A stretch of DNA of 64,000 bases from a virus. The stretch is taken from the IMG/VR virus record IMGVR_UViG_3300028829_005735, positions 1-64,000 of that record. The stretch is one strand, 5' to 3'. Shown here piece after piece: positions 40,101 through 49,330 of the stretch. Positions within the stretch are counted from its first letter, which is position 1, and every line of letters starts with the position of its first letter. A model generated the notes under the pieces. It was not told where the DNA came from and searched no databases. It was given only the letters and a program-made list of their open reading frames with translations. The position numbers and the translations under genes were made by a program.

Positions 40101-43100
40101 GCGAAGTTCTCCATCATGTAATCAGTCTTCTCTGTGAAATATTCATTCACTTGCTCTACAAGGTCGGAAGTTTTTAATGTCGAAAGTGCTTTTGCTACAG
40201 TATCAAAATCTGTACTATCCGTTAAGGATAATAGTTCTTTTTTAGTATTAGAGTTAAAGATGTCATCAAAGATAAATAGTTTACCTCCTCGTTCACGATA
40301 CCCTTTATCTAACATTCCACCTTTATTTTGGATGTCAGCTATTATATTTACCCTAACGATTTCTGCTACCAAGTAATCTTTCAACTCGTTAAACATTGTC
40401 GTATCCTTTGGATTTTTTAATGCTTCTAATATTTCAGCAGTTCCAAAAACTTGTTTAAAATCAATCCCCATATGGAGTGACGTAGACTTATCAGCCATTC
40501 TTGTCACCTCGGATTTATTAAAGAAGCTTAAGTAAACGTCAGTCATGAACTTAGAGTTAACATCTAAATCCATATTTGTTAACCCAATGAAATTATCTTC
40601 TTGCAATAAGGTAGAGCCTGAGAAGTTGTTTAATGTCAACTTTACATCTGTACGTAATCCATTTTTATCAAATAATAATTTATGATAACGGTTGGCCCGG
40701 ATCATCGGATCATTTGCAGGATCTAAAAATTTCAAGTGGGGAAACTTGGTAATAGCATCTTGAAGGCTCATTCCTTCAGGGATAGCATTTATATCATTCG
40801 TTACAATAGAAGCTGTACTATTTAATGATAATTCACTTTGCGTATCACCAGGAGCATTTACAGACATGAAAGAATTGAATTTATCTGATAATTCAAATTC
40901 AACTTTTTGTATAGTATTATAATATGAATTAAGACCACTCTCGTTTTGAGTATCCGTTTCATCAAAATTCAATGATTCATGAGCCCCAAACAGACTTCTT
41001 AAACTATTTATCTTATTAAGATTTTGTCCTATTTCAGCATTGTGAGCATTAACTTTAACATGATTCTTCAATCTTGTTGCTATTGCATTTAGCACATCGT
41101 ATTTTGTAGCTAATGCCTTTTCAATTTCTGCAGTATCTGTAATATTTATACCAAGCGATCTATAGAAATTAACATAATCATCTTTCTTTTTTAATTTCCA
41201 TTTGCCTTCAGAAGTTTCTACAAGAAAATCATTTAGTATTCCTTGAGCATTTAACTCAATACCTCCCGGTGTGCTTATTAAATACTCGGAAGGCATAGCT
41301 GGAAACGATGACTCCCATGCTCTAGAAACAGGCTTGGTACCACCCAACGTAGTTCCGTATTTACTTTTTACTATAAGATTACCTTCATTATCAATTTCGG
41401 TTTCCATAATGAGCTGTTGAAGCTTATTATTTGACTTACTAAAAGTTTGTATGAACTTACTCCATAATAATGTTTGGTCTAAACTATCTGATTTATAAGG
41501 TCCTAATTTCTCAAGTACCTGAGCAATTACTTTATCTTTTGATTTAGCCTCCTGCATCTTTTGGTACATCATATCACCATTTGGTGTAGAGTTTAATAAT
41601 TTCCCAAGTTTTGCCATAACTACAACAGAACGCTCTAATACAGGAACTCCCAACGTATTTCTCTCTGTTTCTTGTCCAAATTTCAATTTACCCTTGAGTC
41701 TTAAATTACCTAGCTTTCTAGCTTCTTGAAGTGTATATTTACCACGTACTGTTTTTTGCCTATGTATGGTACTCAGCATGTATACGATATGCTCATCTGC
41801 CATATCAAAAAGACTTTGGTCGTTACCACCTCTATCAAATAATTTTCCAGTAACATCCTCTTCAGCTTGTTGGTCATCTTGCTGAATGATGTCAGAAATA
41901 GTATTATAATTATAAACCTTACCATTACGAAGATGAAAACCAATAACATTTGTTGGATCTTCTCCTGCAAAAATATTATTAGACATCTTTTCGACATCTC
42001 CAAAATTATCAACTGCGGCATCGAGCATTTCAAAATTCTTTGAATGAGCTTCGAATTCTTCAGATAAAGGATTAGATGCATCCCTTAATTTCTCTTGTTC
42101 ATTACGCAACTTAATCAATTCGTGTAAGGCTCCGTTATATGCAGCTTTAAGACTCTCTACAGAAGCATATCCCTTTGATAATTTTTCATCATTATGTTGG
42201 TCTAAGTATGTTGACACAAGTGAATCAACTGTCCCCATTAACAACGATGTTTGTTGAGCAGAGAGCCTGTTAGCTACACCCTTACTTGCATTAGGGAAGT
42301 TGATATTTTTATTTAATGTTTCAAACATAAAGTTCTCCGAAGAGTACTGAGTGACATCAATGTTTCCAGTATATAGATTTTTGAAATTTTCGGTTACAAT
42401 ATCTTGTACCACACTATTTTTAGATAGGTCAGACTTAGAGTGTTTCCCAAACATTTTATCGAGGAAGTCCATAATTCTTTGAAAGAATTTCCCGATAACA
42501 CTCGTCTTCTTAACTTTAGATTTTCCAATAGCATATGCACGAAATTCTTCAGCAAGAAATTCTTCAATTTGCTTATACGAATGATTTGACTTACCCTTAA
42601 GTTTTCTTACAGAGTCGTATAGTTTTACTTTATCTGCAGGAGAAAGTATTCCTTGCGTGTAAGCATGCCAAGCCTCATGATAAATATCCGTAAGGTCCGA
42701 ACCTTTATAAAGAATGATTCCGTTTTCAACCCATCTAGCAACTGCTACTCGGCTTTTCGGTCTATCCTTTGAGTCTAGCCTCTCATTCTCTAATTCGATA
42801 ATATCATTCAGAGGAGAGCCTTTAAACCAACTAAGAGCATGTTGCTCCTCAAGTAATGTTACTTCTGCATTCTCACCCTTTTGCTCCTTTATCTTGTTTA
42901 GTCCTGGTTGATTATCGTATGAAGCAGGGTTTAAAGTGTATCCTAATTTTGGATGATATACTTTAAGCACACCTGCTTTATTTACAAATGATTTTGTTGA
43001 ACCAGTCTTTACAACATGTTCTTTATTCTCTATAGGATTGGTCGTTACCGTTCCGTTTTTAATAGATATTTCTACAAAGTTTTTGTTATTATATGAGAAT

Positions 43101-44608
43101 TTAGGTTTGTAAATTCTATATAATTGTCCCTTGCTATCTTGATATAGCATTGCAGATGTGTTATTTGGATCTGCTAGGTTAGTTGTTATTATTCTATTTT
43201 CAGAATTATCTTTTACCGGCTTAGTTGCTTGGAAAGTATTAAAGAAGTTTTCAACTTGTTTTGCGTTTACTTTCTTTTTATAAATAGTAACCTCTCCATT
43301 AGCCGAAACTCTAATAGGTGACCTTTCGTTTACTGCTAAATAGTTTGACACCAAATTTCTTATTTCATTAGCATTTAATTTAGAGCCGTTCTCATTAACT
43401 AAATTCTTATTTGTCAATAGTTCAACTAATGTTTTTACGACTTCTGGATTCGATGAAATATCATTTGGTATTATTGCAGCTTTTGACTCGTGTAAGTCAC
43501 CTCCCGTTAACACATGAAATGTACCATCATTTTTTTCATCCGTAGATAGAGTAAGGTTATCTATATTAGATAGCGTTGAGAGTTGAGTTTTATTCTTTGT
43601 AGTTTCGTTGTATCCAAATGTAGAACTAGCAGGATTTATTTCTAATAACATAGATCCTTGTTCACGAATAGCTTTAAATAAGCTTCTCCCATCCTCGGCA
43701 TTCTCCATTAGGATTTCATAAATTTCATCCTGGGTGAAATCATCTCTTAACATAGATGCCTCAAAAGCTGCAAACTTCTTCTTTAATGTATCACTTACTT
43801 TTTCTTTTTTACCATGTGTATAATTAAAGTATCCATCTTTAACCACACTTGGAGATTGAGTTGAGATTACTGGTATGCGACCACTTTCAGTAACAGCTCC
43901 GTTAGAGTCGAATTGAACCGGGTTACCATTTTTATCAGCAATAATAAAAACAATCATGTTTTTTGCAGTAGTCTGATTCTTAGGCCTAGATGCTATAGAG
44001 AAATCTAACTCTCCTTTTACTTTAGATTCCAATTCACTATAAGGCATAGCAAGTATTTGAAAATCTTTAGAACCATTTTTTACTTTATCTAAAACAGTTC
44101 TTTTAGCAGCATACGCAGGAGCTTTATCTGTATCTACATCATTCTCAATACTCATTGTTTCAGAACCTTGAGTAGTTTCAAATTTTATATGAACAGCTTC
44201 ATTTGGATCGTAGTCCTCCGTCTCGGCCTCCGTAATAACTTCTTCGATTTCTTCTTCAACAATATCGATGGGGGTACTCACCGATGTTTGAATTTTTTTT
44301 ACAAGCGATTCTAATTTTGTAGGATCATTCAAGGCAGACATACTTTCCAACATGTCTGCACCTATTTGGTCTTGTAAGGTTGGAATAGTATTATTTAAAG
44401 CCATTGGAGCAAGAGCCAAGTGTTGGAGTATAACCTCGTGATTATCCATCGATTCTGTATCTCCAGATAATGCCAATGCTTCATTATACAAAGCTTTGTA
44501 TAAGTCTCCAGCGTCATTGTAATTATTATTTTTTTGAAGCTCTAGTGCTTTTGATTTAAAAAAAGCATTGAAATCCTTAACGGATTGTTCTGATATACAA
44601 ATCTTCAT
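34106..44608 (-). CDS. virion-packaged single-chain two-barrel RNA polymerase (crAss/phi14:2 gp66-like) polyprotein
   Basis: 3500 aa; KRNAG..STGD, EEGDGQGF, PRIPSQAMNS, AGSDFDVDKL (38258-38272), VDVAKD. Confidence 0.9.
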   Translation of the reverse strand: MKICISEQSVKDFNAFFKSKALELQKNNNYNDAGDLYKALYNEALALSGDTESMDNHEVILQHLALAPMALNNTIPTLQDQIGADMLESMSALNDPTKLESLVKKIQTSVSTPIDIVEEEIEEVITEAETEDYDPNEAVHIKFETTQGSETMSIENDVDTDKAPAYAAKRTVLDKVKNGSKDFQILAMPYSELESKVKGELDFSIASRPKNQTTAKNMIVFIIADKNGNPVQFDSNGAVTESGRIPVISTQSPSVVKDGYFNYTHGKKEKVSDTLKKKFAAFEASMLRDDFTQDEIYEILMENAEDGRSLFKAIREQGSMLLEINPASSTFGYNETTKNKTQLSTLSNIDNLTLSTDEKNDGTFHVLTGGDLHESKAAIIPNDISSNPEVVKTLVELLTNKNLVNENGSKLNANEIRNLVSNYLAVNERSPIRVSANGEVTIYKKKVNAKQVENFFNTFQATKPVKDNSENRIITTNLADPNNTSAMLYQDSKGQLYRIYKPKFSYNNKNFVEISIKNGTVTTNPIENKEHVVKTGSTKSFVNKAGVLKVYHPKLGYTLNPASYDNQPGLNKIKEQKGENAEVTLLEEQHALSWFKGSPLNDIIELENERLDSKDRPKSRVAVARWVENGIILYKGSDLTDIYHEAWHAYTQGILSPADKVKLYDSVRKLKGKSNHSYKQIEEFLAEEFRAYAIGKSKVKKTSVIGKFFQRIMDFLDKMFGKHSKSDLSKNSVVQDIVTENFKNLYTGNIDVTQYSSENFMFETLNKNINFPNASKGVANRLSAQQTSLLMGTVDSLVSTYLDQHNDEKLSKGYASVESLKAAYNGALHELIKLRNEQEKLRDASNPLSEEFEAHSKNFEMLDAAVDNFGDVEKMSNNIFAGEDPTNVIGFHLRNGKVYNYNTISDIIQQDDQQAEEDVTGKLFDRGGNDQSLFDMADEHIVYMLSTIHRQKTVRGKYTLQEARKLGNLRLKGKLKFGQETERNTLGVPVLERSVVVMAKLGKLLNSTPNGDMMYQKMQEAKSKDKVIAQVLEKLGPYKSDSLDQTLLWSKFIQTFSKSNNKLQQLIMETEIDNEGNLIVKSKYGTTLGGTKPVSRAWESSFPAMPSEYLISTPGGIELNAQGILNDFLVETSEGKWKLKKKDDYVNFYRSLGINITDTAEIEKALATKYDVLNAIATRLKNHVKVNAHNAEIGQNLNKINSLRSLFGAHESLNFDETDTQNESGLNSYYNTIQKVEFELSDKFNSFMSVNAPGDTQSELSLNSTASIVTNDINAIPEGMSLQDAITKFPHLKFLDPANDPMIRANRYHKLLFDKNGLRTDVKLTLNNFSGSTLLQEDNFIGLTNMDLDVNSKFMTDVYLSFFNKSEVTRMADKSTSLHMGIDFKQVFGTAEILEALKNPKDTTMFNELKDYLVAEIVRVNIIADIQNKGGMLDKGYRERGGKLFIFDDIFNSNTKKELLSLTDSTDFDTVAKALSTLKTSDLVEQVNEYFTEKTDYMMENFATELFITDSVMDTILRELPEELAETADEDTIREIMIGMFQRNKFLHNLDFTTLHLGDPALFDVEKEDFNKRNAGYISTGDIFRTDQAFMDFINSKDENGQIKARGWSNKVTGGKSEHKDYDGRINTGVIADHKAISEYLDEIQEALPGVDLKSYKEMEEGDGQGFIGFDSYRLLSIAQGIWTTEQEVQYNYIVDRATDENGNIIPGKYDQTEFTEFFPSMKLQSFGPLDTDAPLRQQANHKFNLVPLIPGMIKGTKLESLSQKMMEQGLDYVTFKSGSKLSTLSKNESGSDQYYNKDRSLNEDLVFEKNVIFAKYLKNQLKIHNKYKGKVTLPTQMRSILVSDLKDKDGNYLSKEHEQWHKDYLKNLNEIRKYKEQELYNELGIKDVKSLIQDSSKLVNMIRREFTSKDYTERQIEFLFDGGNLKSDLSTALTADQVEKLLVSLIDKRLTKIKVNGEGLIQVASTMSEKKGTTQIKGDKNSGTNGLRSYHNKDGKTVGMQVKISLQGNFEKLLYINGKDGKRIAKYTTRKNADGTTTKELDYELSLERLNETIKDENWLNENRDALRAVAPRIPSQAMNSLEFMEVAEFLPKNSGNIMIVPSEIVAKAGSDFDVDKLFTMFPNIDIYDGKVELVKYTTINTDVQGVKNKIKETTKKLKKTNDELSDLYTDLTETKELIQIGKKLESLYTEREDLANNTDALSKLRAEHVEKEIEALVEEQANYYEEVDGEFEDAADNDMLTQEKREIWNKINPLKEKQNSYQNEINDYKREISGASVKGLENELIDLIARRLSMETVYPELVKPNTNDMVEPLAKELSEFATDYKKYDRVNGTQTYNKNNEKQISPTQIFDPMYNINKQLENAVGMDTLGVGAIGSKFASIFQSIDMYLNPTNGLTHTEFDKLVSDRDNEVRELSPSEHKSVDEHIDYRIQLDHNTRMEEVNGKVQKVIDLSKTENVSGERVSDLLGQLINGWVDVAKDAWIFNIQGNKEVVPTLEFLLMAGVDFRQAVMLSSSKLVREYIQTKRKMNSAFYGLSELDQTNSETFDLIQFHNDIDALNEVLVNNGQEELNNIEQVYGESRNFSNPLEIKKNGTIEKLIKNMGKERNAHEKDQELQALLQFVSYEQTAKQITNLTMATKFDTATSASLAEVRNMQEKFDTLHENKALPENIKDRMLKDSPIGMFNTNELQLELWGQFFSLKTHKVISKTANEGIKGRFQKGRTKVENEKDFSEEFISYLYQNESTRIENNVYRGYTIFELENPGENEEYRVEDGKFFFSKPFVEGRVAGWPLGNSNSVKKFYIEKYIAEKDLDLDKVKDTLSYKMAEKAVALDPTKDLKDEYSDAEAIIKSGNSEQLFEGDHTYSKRLQELKEKFPTLAGQFTLVNDLTPDTSKYHRENLYLINQKEEGYKDIYEENLAILKEHPQPEIKEFFRMFDRFAVLQSGVKSYGKYVMTGVIDQNHVDKIVSPIKNDILSHFNALENDTESSYPLLQDFQTQFYKGEASHFKLFLMSKNRGAQFESDAYFGNTFRELDMRPLSLNSYPGKIPVMDMEMANASDKVIIHKVGNFPVKNYKEYSKINKYFSFINTNYTNALTEEYSKDEPVWVTGETMNDFATGGKNNEAAYQKTLERTFESYKTSINDAIEQGAEVFNVGMNSGIDSMTRKFLKKEKGLKEHKIVTKNGVYMQYSKANEVTPERLYSTIGGEANVNDRFTTPMKDLKVNLSIGTKPYTNIFHYLAAKKSLLSDKNTRLILKEKIEKNGTKYTEADWVNLISGIKLGADKSKYNEIDTILKTLIQVAETNPKFKSELEKSGKSLLTLGTGRSAFEKNFGRALLEARAEYNGPVTSMENISIELPSYKIDTGLSNKDGSKRFASTNGTTIKINPVKNVKELFDYMEGKEGGATSQQKQEVLKEMEKQGYGMSKIKELLTTPERADIFLILHEQDHIDNNDKDVYWAQGKDLMTEDKIAIEARASVNALMKIEIDNYTGEDPITCKT

Positions 44609-47600
44609 TACTTACATATTTTAAAGTGTTCTCTCATTTCCTCTTCTGTTGGGGTGTTTTCTGAGGACATCAATACTCCATTCGTAAAGTTACTTAATAC
44701 TTTAGATAAATCTACGATGTTTTGTTTTTCTAGTTCCGAAACAAGACCTTTACTTTCTTTGTTGAAATCATTTATGATACGACCTGTACCTCCATTAAAT
44801 TGAGCCTTGGTCATAGAGGTTCTATTTTGAATGATGCTATTGTAGTTGACAAGTTCTACTTTTGTTTTCATTAATTTGTCAACCTTCATTAAGCTTCCAT
44901 CTTTCATTTCAACTATGTCTCCGGGTTTAAGATTAGAGAATCCTTTTAAATCGGCTAATGAATTTTTAATTTTTTCAATTTCTGTATTAATTGTTGGAGT
45001 ATGTCTTTCAAATAACTCTTGATTTTCTAAAGAAATTTTTGCTAATAATTTAGTCAAATCCTCCTGACTTCTTAGGTTTGTATCGTTAGTTTTAAATATT
45101 GCCTTAACCTCTTTAACTTCTGTAGCCTTTATTCGTTTTAATCCGGCAACATATTCACGTTTTGTTTTACCCTGCTTTATAATACTAGCAATAGCCTCTG
45201 GTTTAAAACCAGCAATATCTTCGGGTGTATACCGTAACCCAATCATCTTGTCATATTGTGATTTCTCAAATTCTTTTTTGTTTTTTTCTACATCGGGATT
45301 GTTGTAATCAAATATTTTTTGATTTGCTAATTCCTTAGAGGTATCCAAAACATTTTTATCAAATTGAGGATCTCGTGCTAATATTTCGTAGACGTCTTGA
45401 ATTACTTCTTCGGTAATAGTATGACCATCCACTTTGTTCCCTATATTGTTCAGAATAACATCTTGGATAGCATTAACCCTATTAAAGTAATCTGTTGAAT
45501 CAACTTCACCAGGAGATTGCTTTTCAGCAAAAGCAATTAATTCAATAGCTCTTTGTTCACGAACATCTACATTTTCATCTCTTTCACGAACATCTACATC
45601 AAATGATTTACCATCACCCACAACATCTGGAATCTGTTCAGCTTGTTGCTTTTCAAATTTTTCTTGTAGATCTTTTAGAGCTGCGTCTCGACGGCTATCA
45701 AGTTTTTTATCATACTCTATTCCTTCCACCTTACCTGCGAAATCATGTGTATTTTTTTGAGTATCAAAATCTTTATTGATTTCTTCAACTTGAGCATCAT
45801 ATTCCTCTTGAGTCATAGGAACTTCCTCTTCTTCAACTTGAGTTTCGGAAACTTCTGTTTTGTTCTCAAGAATTGCATCAATATCCTCACGAGAAAGATT
45901 ATTAATATCTTCTTCGGTGTAATCTAACTCTTGAAGCTCTGCTTTCTCAGCATCGGATAATACTTCAAAAGTATCTGGAATTGGAGCAAGGTCTTCATTG
46001 TGTTCCTGAATAATTCGTTCTGCATCAGCAGAGTCATCAACCCAAGACCTAAACCTATCGGTTAAGTTGTCAGAAGAAAGGTCTTCAATATTTTTATCAA
46101 CTCTGTCTTCGTTAGCAACTTGATCGCGATATTCATTAATTAAATCATTAATAACTGCTGGAGGATAAGAATCAATGGAATCTCCTTCTTTAATTGTTAC
46201 ATTATCAGCTTCTGTACGTTGATAATCTCGTCTATCTGCTCCTCCACCGACTTCTCCAGCCATTTCTTCAGCACGCGCGGAATCTACCTCTCCATCTAAA
46301 GTTTCGGGAGCATCAGTCTTTTCTTTTGCACTAGGTTCTTTTAGATTTTCAGTCGGCTTATCGAGAATTTTATCATACATTTTCTCAACAATTGAAACGG
46401 CAAGCTCATGCTTTTCGTTTGGTACACTCGTACCATCCTTTTGGGTAGTTTTCCTAGGGATTTGATTTCCGGTTTCTAAATCGTAAAAAACAGGTGGTTG
46501 CTCACCCTTCTCAATTATATCATCTAAATGCATTAAGTGGAAACCTAATCCATTTTCATAAAGTTCATTAAGTCCTTTTGAAACGACCTCTTTGTTACGG
46601 CTCATTTTTAATGAGTTCTCAACATACCTTTTAAATTGAGCCATAAAGACTTCGTGCATCTCAACCTTTCGATTGACAAATTCATCCATTGACTTCTCAT
46701 TCATAAGAACATTAATAAGAAAGTCTAAGTCAGCATTTCGATTATCTAACTTATATGAATCTAAAAGTGACTCAAAAGATTTATTAGAAAGATTTTCAAA
46801 TGCAATCCCTTTTACTTTAGGAGCAATGGTTTTTAAGTATGCATTGTGTTCTTTATGCATATCTTTCTCAACTTTCTCTTGCTCTTTCTCGAGTTTCTTT
46901 AGTTCGTTTTCTTCTGTAGAAGTGAGTTCAACATCAGAACCTTTATAAGCTGAGATAGCATCTGAAAGTTCTGCAAATCTTTCAGTACTGTTATTGAATT
47001 CAGTAAGCGCTGCTAAACGAGCTTCTTTAGTTTTAAGAAGCTTTTTTGTTTTTTGATCTGCTTCCGAATATTCGATGGCTTGGATTTCAGATTCTAATAA
47101 ATCTATTTCATTTGAAACAGTTTCCGGATGAAATAATTTTTCGTAATCTGAAAAAAGAATATCACCAGCCGTATTATCTTTAAGCTCGGACCTCATGCCT
47201 TCGAGCATTTTCTTTTTACGTTCTATATTTTCATTTACTTCAGATGTAGAAAATATTAATTCTTGTTTAGCTCTTTCAAAATATGCATGGTATTGCCTAG
47301 CAGCATTATATTTTGGATCATTTTTATCAATCTTACTTAAGTCAATTGGATTTGTAATATTTTTATTTACAGATTCGTATACCTCTTCAAACTGCTCGGC
47401 TTTTGCAATTTGATTATCTATAATTTTATTACGTTGTTGCTGAGTAGTTTTTGTACCCACCGTTTTAAATGCCTCACCAAACTGTTCAGCATCCATTGTT
47501 TTCATTTCTTGAAGATGACTTTTGAATTGATCCATCATTCCATATTGCATAGCAACTGCTAAGTGATTACGATAGGATTTAGCTTTTGCATTTTGAAATT

Positions 47601-49329
47601 CAAATTGATCACCTCTACGAGAAGCCTCAAACATCTCCATTTCCATCTCGGCTTGAACGGCCAGATTGTTACCTTTATCCTTGAATACATCAGGACTATT
47701 CTCATATAATTCACTTAAAATTTTAACATCTGATTCAAGACGGGTTCGTTCTGAAGTTTTAGAAGCTTTATATGTAGTATTGTCTGTGAAATATTTATAA
47801 CCTCCACCTCTCGTTAATTGAGTACCAGCTTTAACTGTAAAGTTTACAGGAGAAACAACACCTCCCATAAAAAATCCAGACAAAAATGTTTCAAATCCTT
47901 GTCCTGATATTTGCTCTTTAATACCATGTAGCATACCATCAAACCAATCACCATGAGCTTCGGACCCATATTGGTGCATGTTTTTTGCATTAATCATTTC
48001 TTGAAGGTTCTCTTGAAATCCCTCACCAATGTTTGCAGTAAAATATGTGCCTCCTTTACTCCCAATATTTTTACCAATACGTTTTACACCAGTACCAAAA
48101 CCATCAGCAAATAACATTTTGGTTCTTTGGGGAATGCCGACAATACCTTTTCGGATAACTTTAGCATCACTCATTTTTCCAACAACATCGTAAAATCTAT
48201 TAGAACGAAGAGTTTTTCCAAAGCCTTTTAAGTCATCAAAGGCTTTATACATATTGTTGAATACAAGTTTGTTTGTTGCTGATATAGCAACCATATTTTC
48301 CCACCATGCATACGTAGAAGCTGTTTTGGCCTGCTCTGCATATTTTGCAGCATCTTCGTCTGTTAGAACTCCTTGGTGATTGCTTATTAAATCGTCATAT
48401 ACTTCATCTTCAAGCATTGAGCTTTCAAGTTTAGACTCTGTTGTGGCAAGGTGAATTGCTTTAACATCCCTAAACATAGAACCTGCTCCTAACATTAATT
48501 TACCACCTTCTGTAGTCTTTTTTAAGTCTTGAGCATTGTTTAATGTCTTAACAAAATTTGTGGTGTTTTCAAAAGGATTTAAGAGATTTAAAGCTCTTTC
48601 TCCTGTAGAAAGTTTCTTTGCTTTATTTACACCACGTATAGTTTTTTGTAAATCACTAGCCATACCCCAGGCATGCTTTAACCTACGAAATGATTGGTAT
48701 CCTTTGGCTGCCATAGCAGGAGCCGTTAATTCGGAGGCACCCCCTAAAGTTAAAGCTGTAATTCCTGCAAGAGCAACTTCTTCGATTACCATATCCGCAA
48801 CGATACCTACGGTATATCCAGAATTCATTACTAGATTTTGCATAAACCCTTCGACACCTCCTCTTGTAGAGCTATACGTATCTGCAATTCTTGCGTATTC
48901 TTTATCTGAGTTATCTGAAGCCCACGTTTCAAATAAGGCATTATCTGTAAATCCTATTTTTAAAAGCTTTCCTGCAGCTGTAAAACTACGATCCCATTGT
49001 TCACCACTTGTAAGATTGTCATTATACCATTTTGCATTATCTATATACGGATTGTACCCATATTTATTGAACTTAGAATAAGTCTGAAGCTTTTCAAAGT
49101 TCTTGTCATATGCAGATGCATTAAAGTTTTTAATTGTTCCTGAAAATACTTTCTCTCTTTCAGTTAATGCATATGGATTCGGATCGTTGTCTTTACTTTC
49201 GTTTAACCGACGTAAATCTTCATCATAACCTTTTTGATCCTCTGAATCGATAGGGGTAGTATCAACAGGGATGGAATTTCTTCTTGCTAAATCCTCATCC
49301 AATAATCTTTGTTCTTCTGGTGAAATCAT
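44608..49329 (-). CDS. giant virion cargo/ejection protein
   Basis: 1573 aa; Gly/Ala-rich hydrophobic helices (VALAGITALTLGG; EGFQENLQE; FLSGFFMGG), typical of ejected channel-forming proteins. Confidence 0.78.
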   Translation of the reverse strand: MISPEEQRLLDEDLARRNSIPVDTTPIDSEDQKGYDEDLRRLNESKDNDPNPYALTEREKVFSGTIKNFNASAYDKNFEKLQTYSKFNKYGYNPYIDNAKWYNDNLTSGEQWDRSFTAAGKLLKIGFTDNALFETWASDNSDKEYARIADTYSSTRGGVEGFMQNLVMNSGYTVGIVADMVIEEVALAGITALTLGGASELTAPAMAAKGYQSFRRLKHAWGMASDLQKTIRGVNKAKKLSTGERALNLLNPFENTTNFVKTLNNAQDLKKTTEGGKLMLGAGSMFRDVKAIHLATTESKLESSMLEDEVYDDLISNHQGVLTDEDAAKYAEQAKTASTYAWWENMVAISATNKLVFNNMYKAFDDLKGFGKTLRSNRFYDVVGKMSDAKVIRKGIVGIPQRTKMLFADGFGTGVKRIGKNIGSKGGTYFTANIGEGFQENLQEMINAKNMHQYGSEAHGDWFDGMLHGIKEQISGQGFETFLSGFFMGGVVSPVNFTVKAGTQLTRGGGYKYFTDNTTYKASKTSERTRLESDVKILSELYENSPDVFKDKGNNLAVQAEMEMEMFEASRRGDQFEFQNAKAKSYRNHLAVAMQYGMMDQFKSHLQEMKTMDAEQFGEAFKTVGTKTTQQQRNKIIDNQIAKAEQFEEVYESVNKNITNPIDLSKIDKNDPKYNAARQYHAYFERAKQELIFSTSEVNENIERKKKMLEGMRSELKDNTAGDILFSDYEKLFHPETVSNEIDLLESEIQAIEYSEADQKTKKLLKTKEARLAALTEFNNSTERFAELSDAISAYKGSDVELTSTEENELKKLEKEQEKVEKDMHKEHNAYLKTIAPKVKGIAFENLSNKSFESLLDSYKLDNRNADLDFLINVLMNEKSMDEFVNRKVEMHEVFMAQFKRYVENSLKMSRNKEVVSKGLNELYENGLGFHLMHLDDIIEKGEQPPVFYDLETGNQIPRKTTQKDGTSVPNEKHELAVSIVEKMYDKILDKPTENLKEPSAKEKTDAPETLDGEVDSARAEEMAGEVGGGADRRDYQRTEADNVTIKEGDSIDSYPPAVINDLINEYRDQVANEDRVDKNIEDLSSDNLTDRFRSWVDDSADAERIIQEHNEDLAPIPDTFEVLSDAEKAELQELDYTEEDINNLSREDIDAILENKTEVSETQVEEEEVPMTQEEYDAQVEEINKDFDTQKNTHDFAGKVEGIEYDKKLDSRRDAALKDLQEKFEKQQAEQIPDVVGDGKSFDVDVRERDENVDVREQRAIELIAFAEKQSPGEVDSTDYFNRVNAIQDVILNNIGNKVDGHTITEEVIQDVYEILARDPQFDKNVLDTSKELANQKIFDYNNPDVEKNKKEFEKSQYDKMIGLRYTPEDIAGFKPEAIASIIKQGKTKREYVAGLKRIKATEVKEVKAIFKTNDTNLRSQEDLTKLLAKISLENQELFERHTPTINTEIEKIKNSLADLKGFSNLKPGDIVEMKDGSLMKVDKLMKTKVELVNYNSIIQNRTSMTKAQFNGGTGRIINDFNKESKGLVSELEKQNIVDLSKVLSNFTNGVLMSSENTPTEEEMREHFKICK

Positions 49330-49330
49330 C

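Noticed and set aside
45556-45600. Direct repeat TTCACGAACATCTACAT x2
   Set aside because: A short in-frame coding duplication (DVDVRE/NVDVRE) with no sign of a mobile or regulatory role
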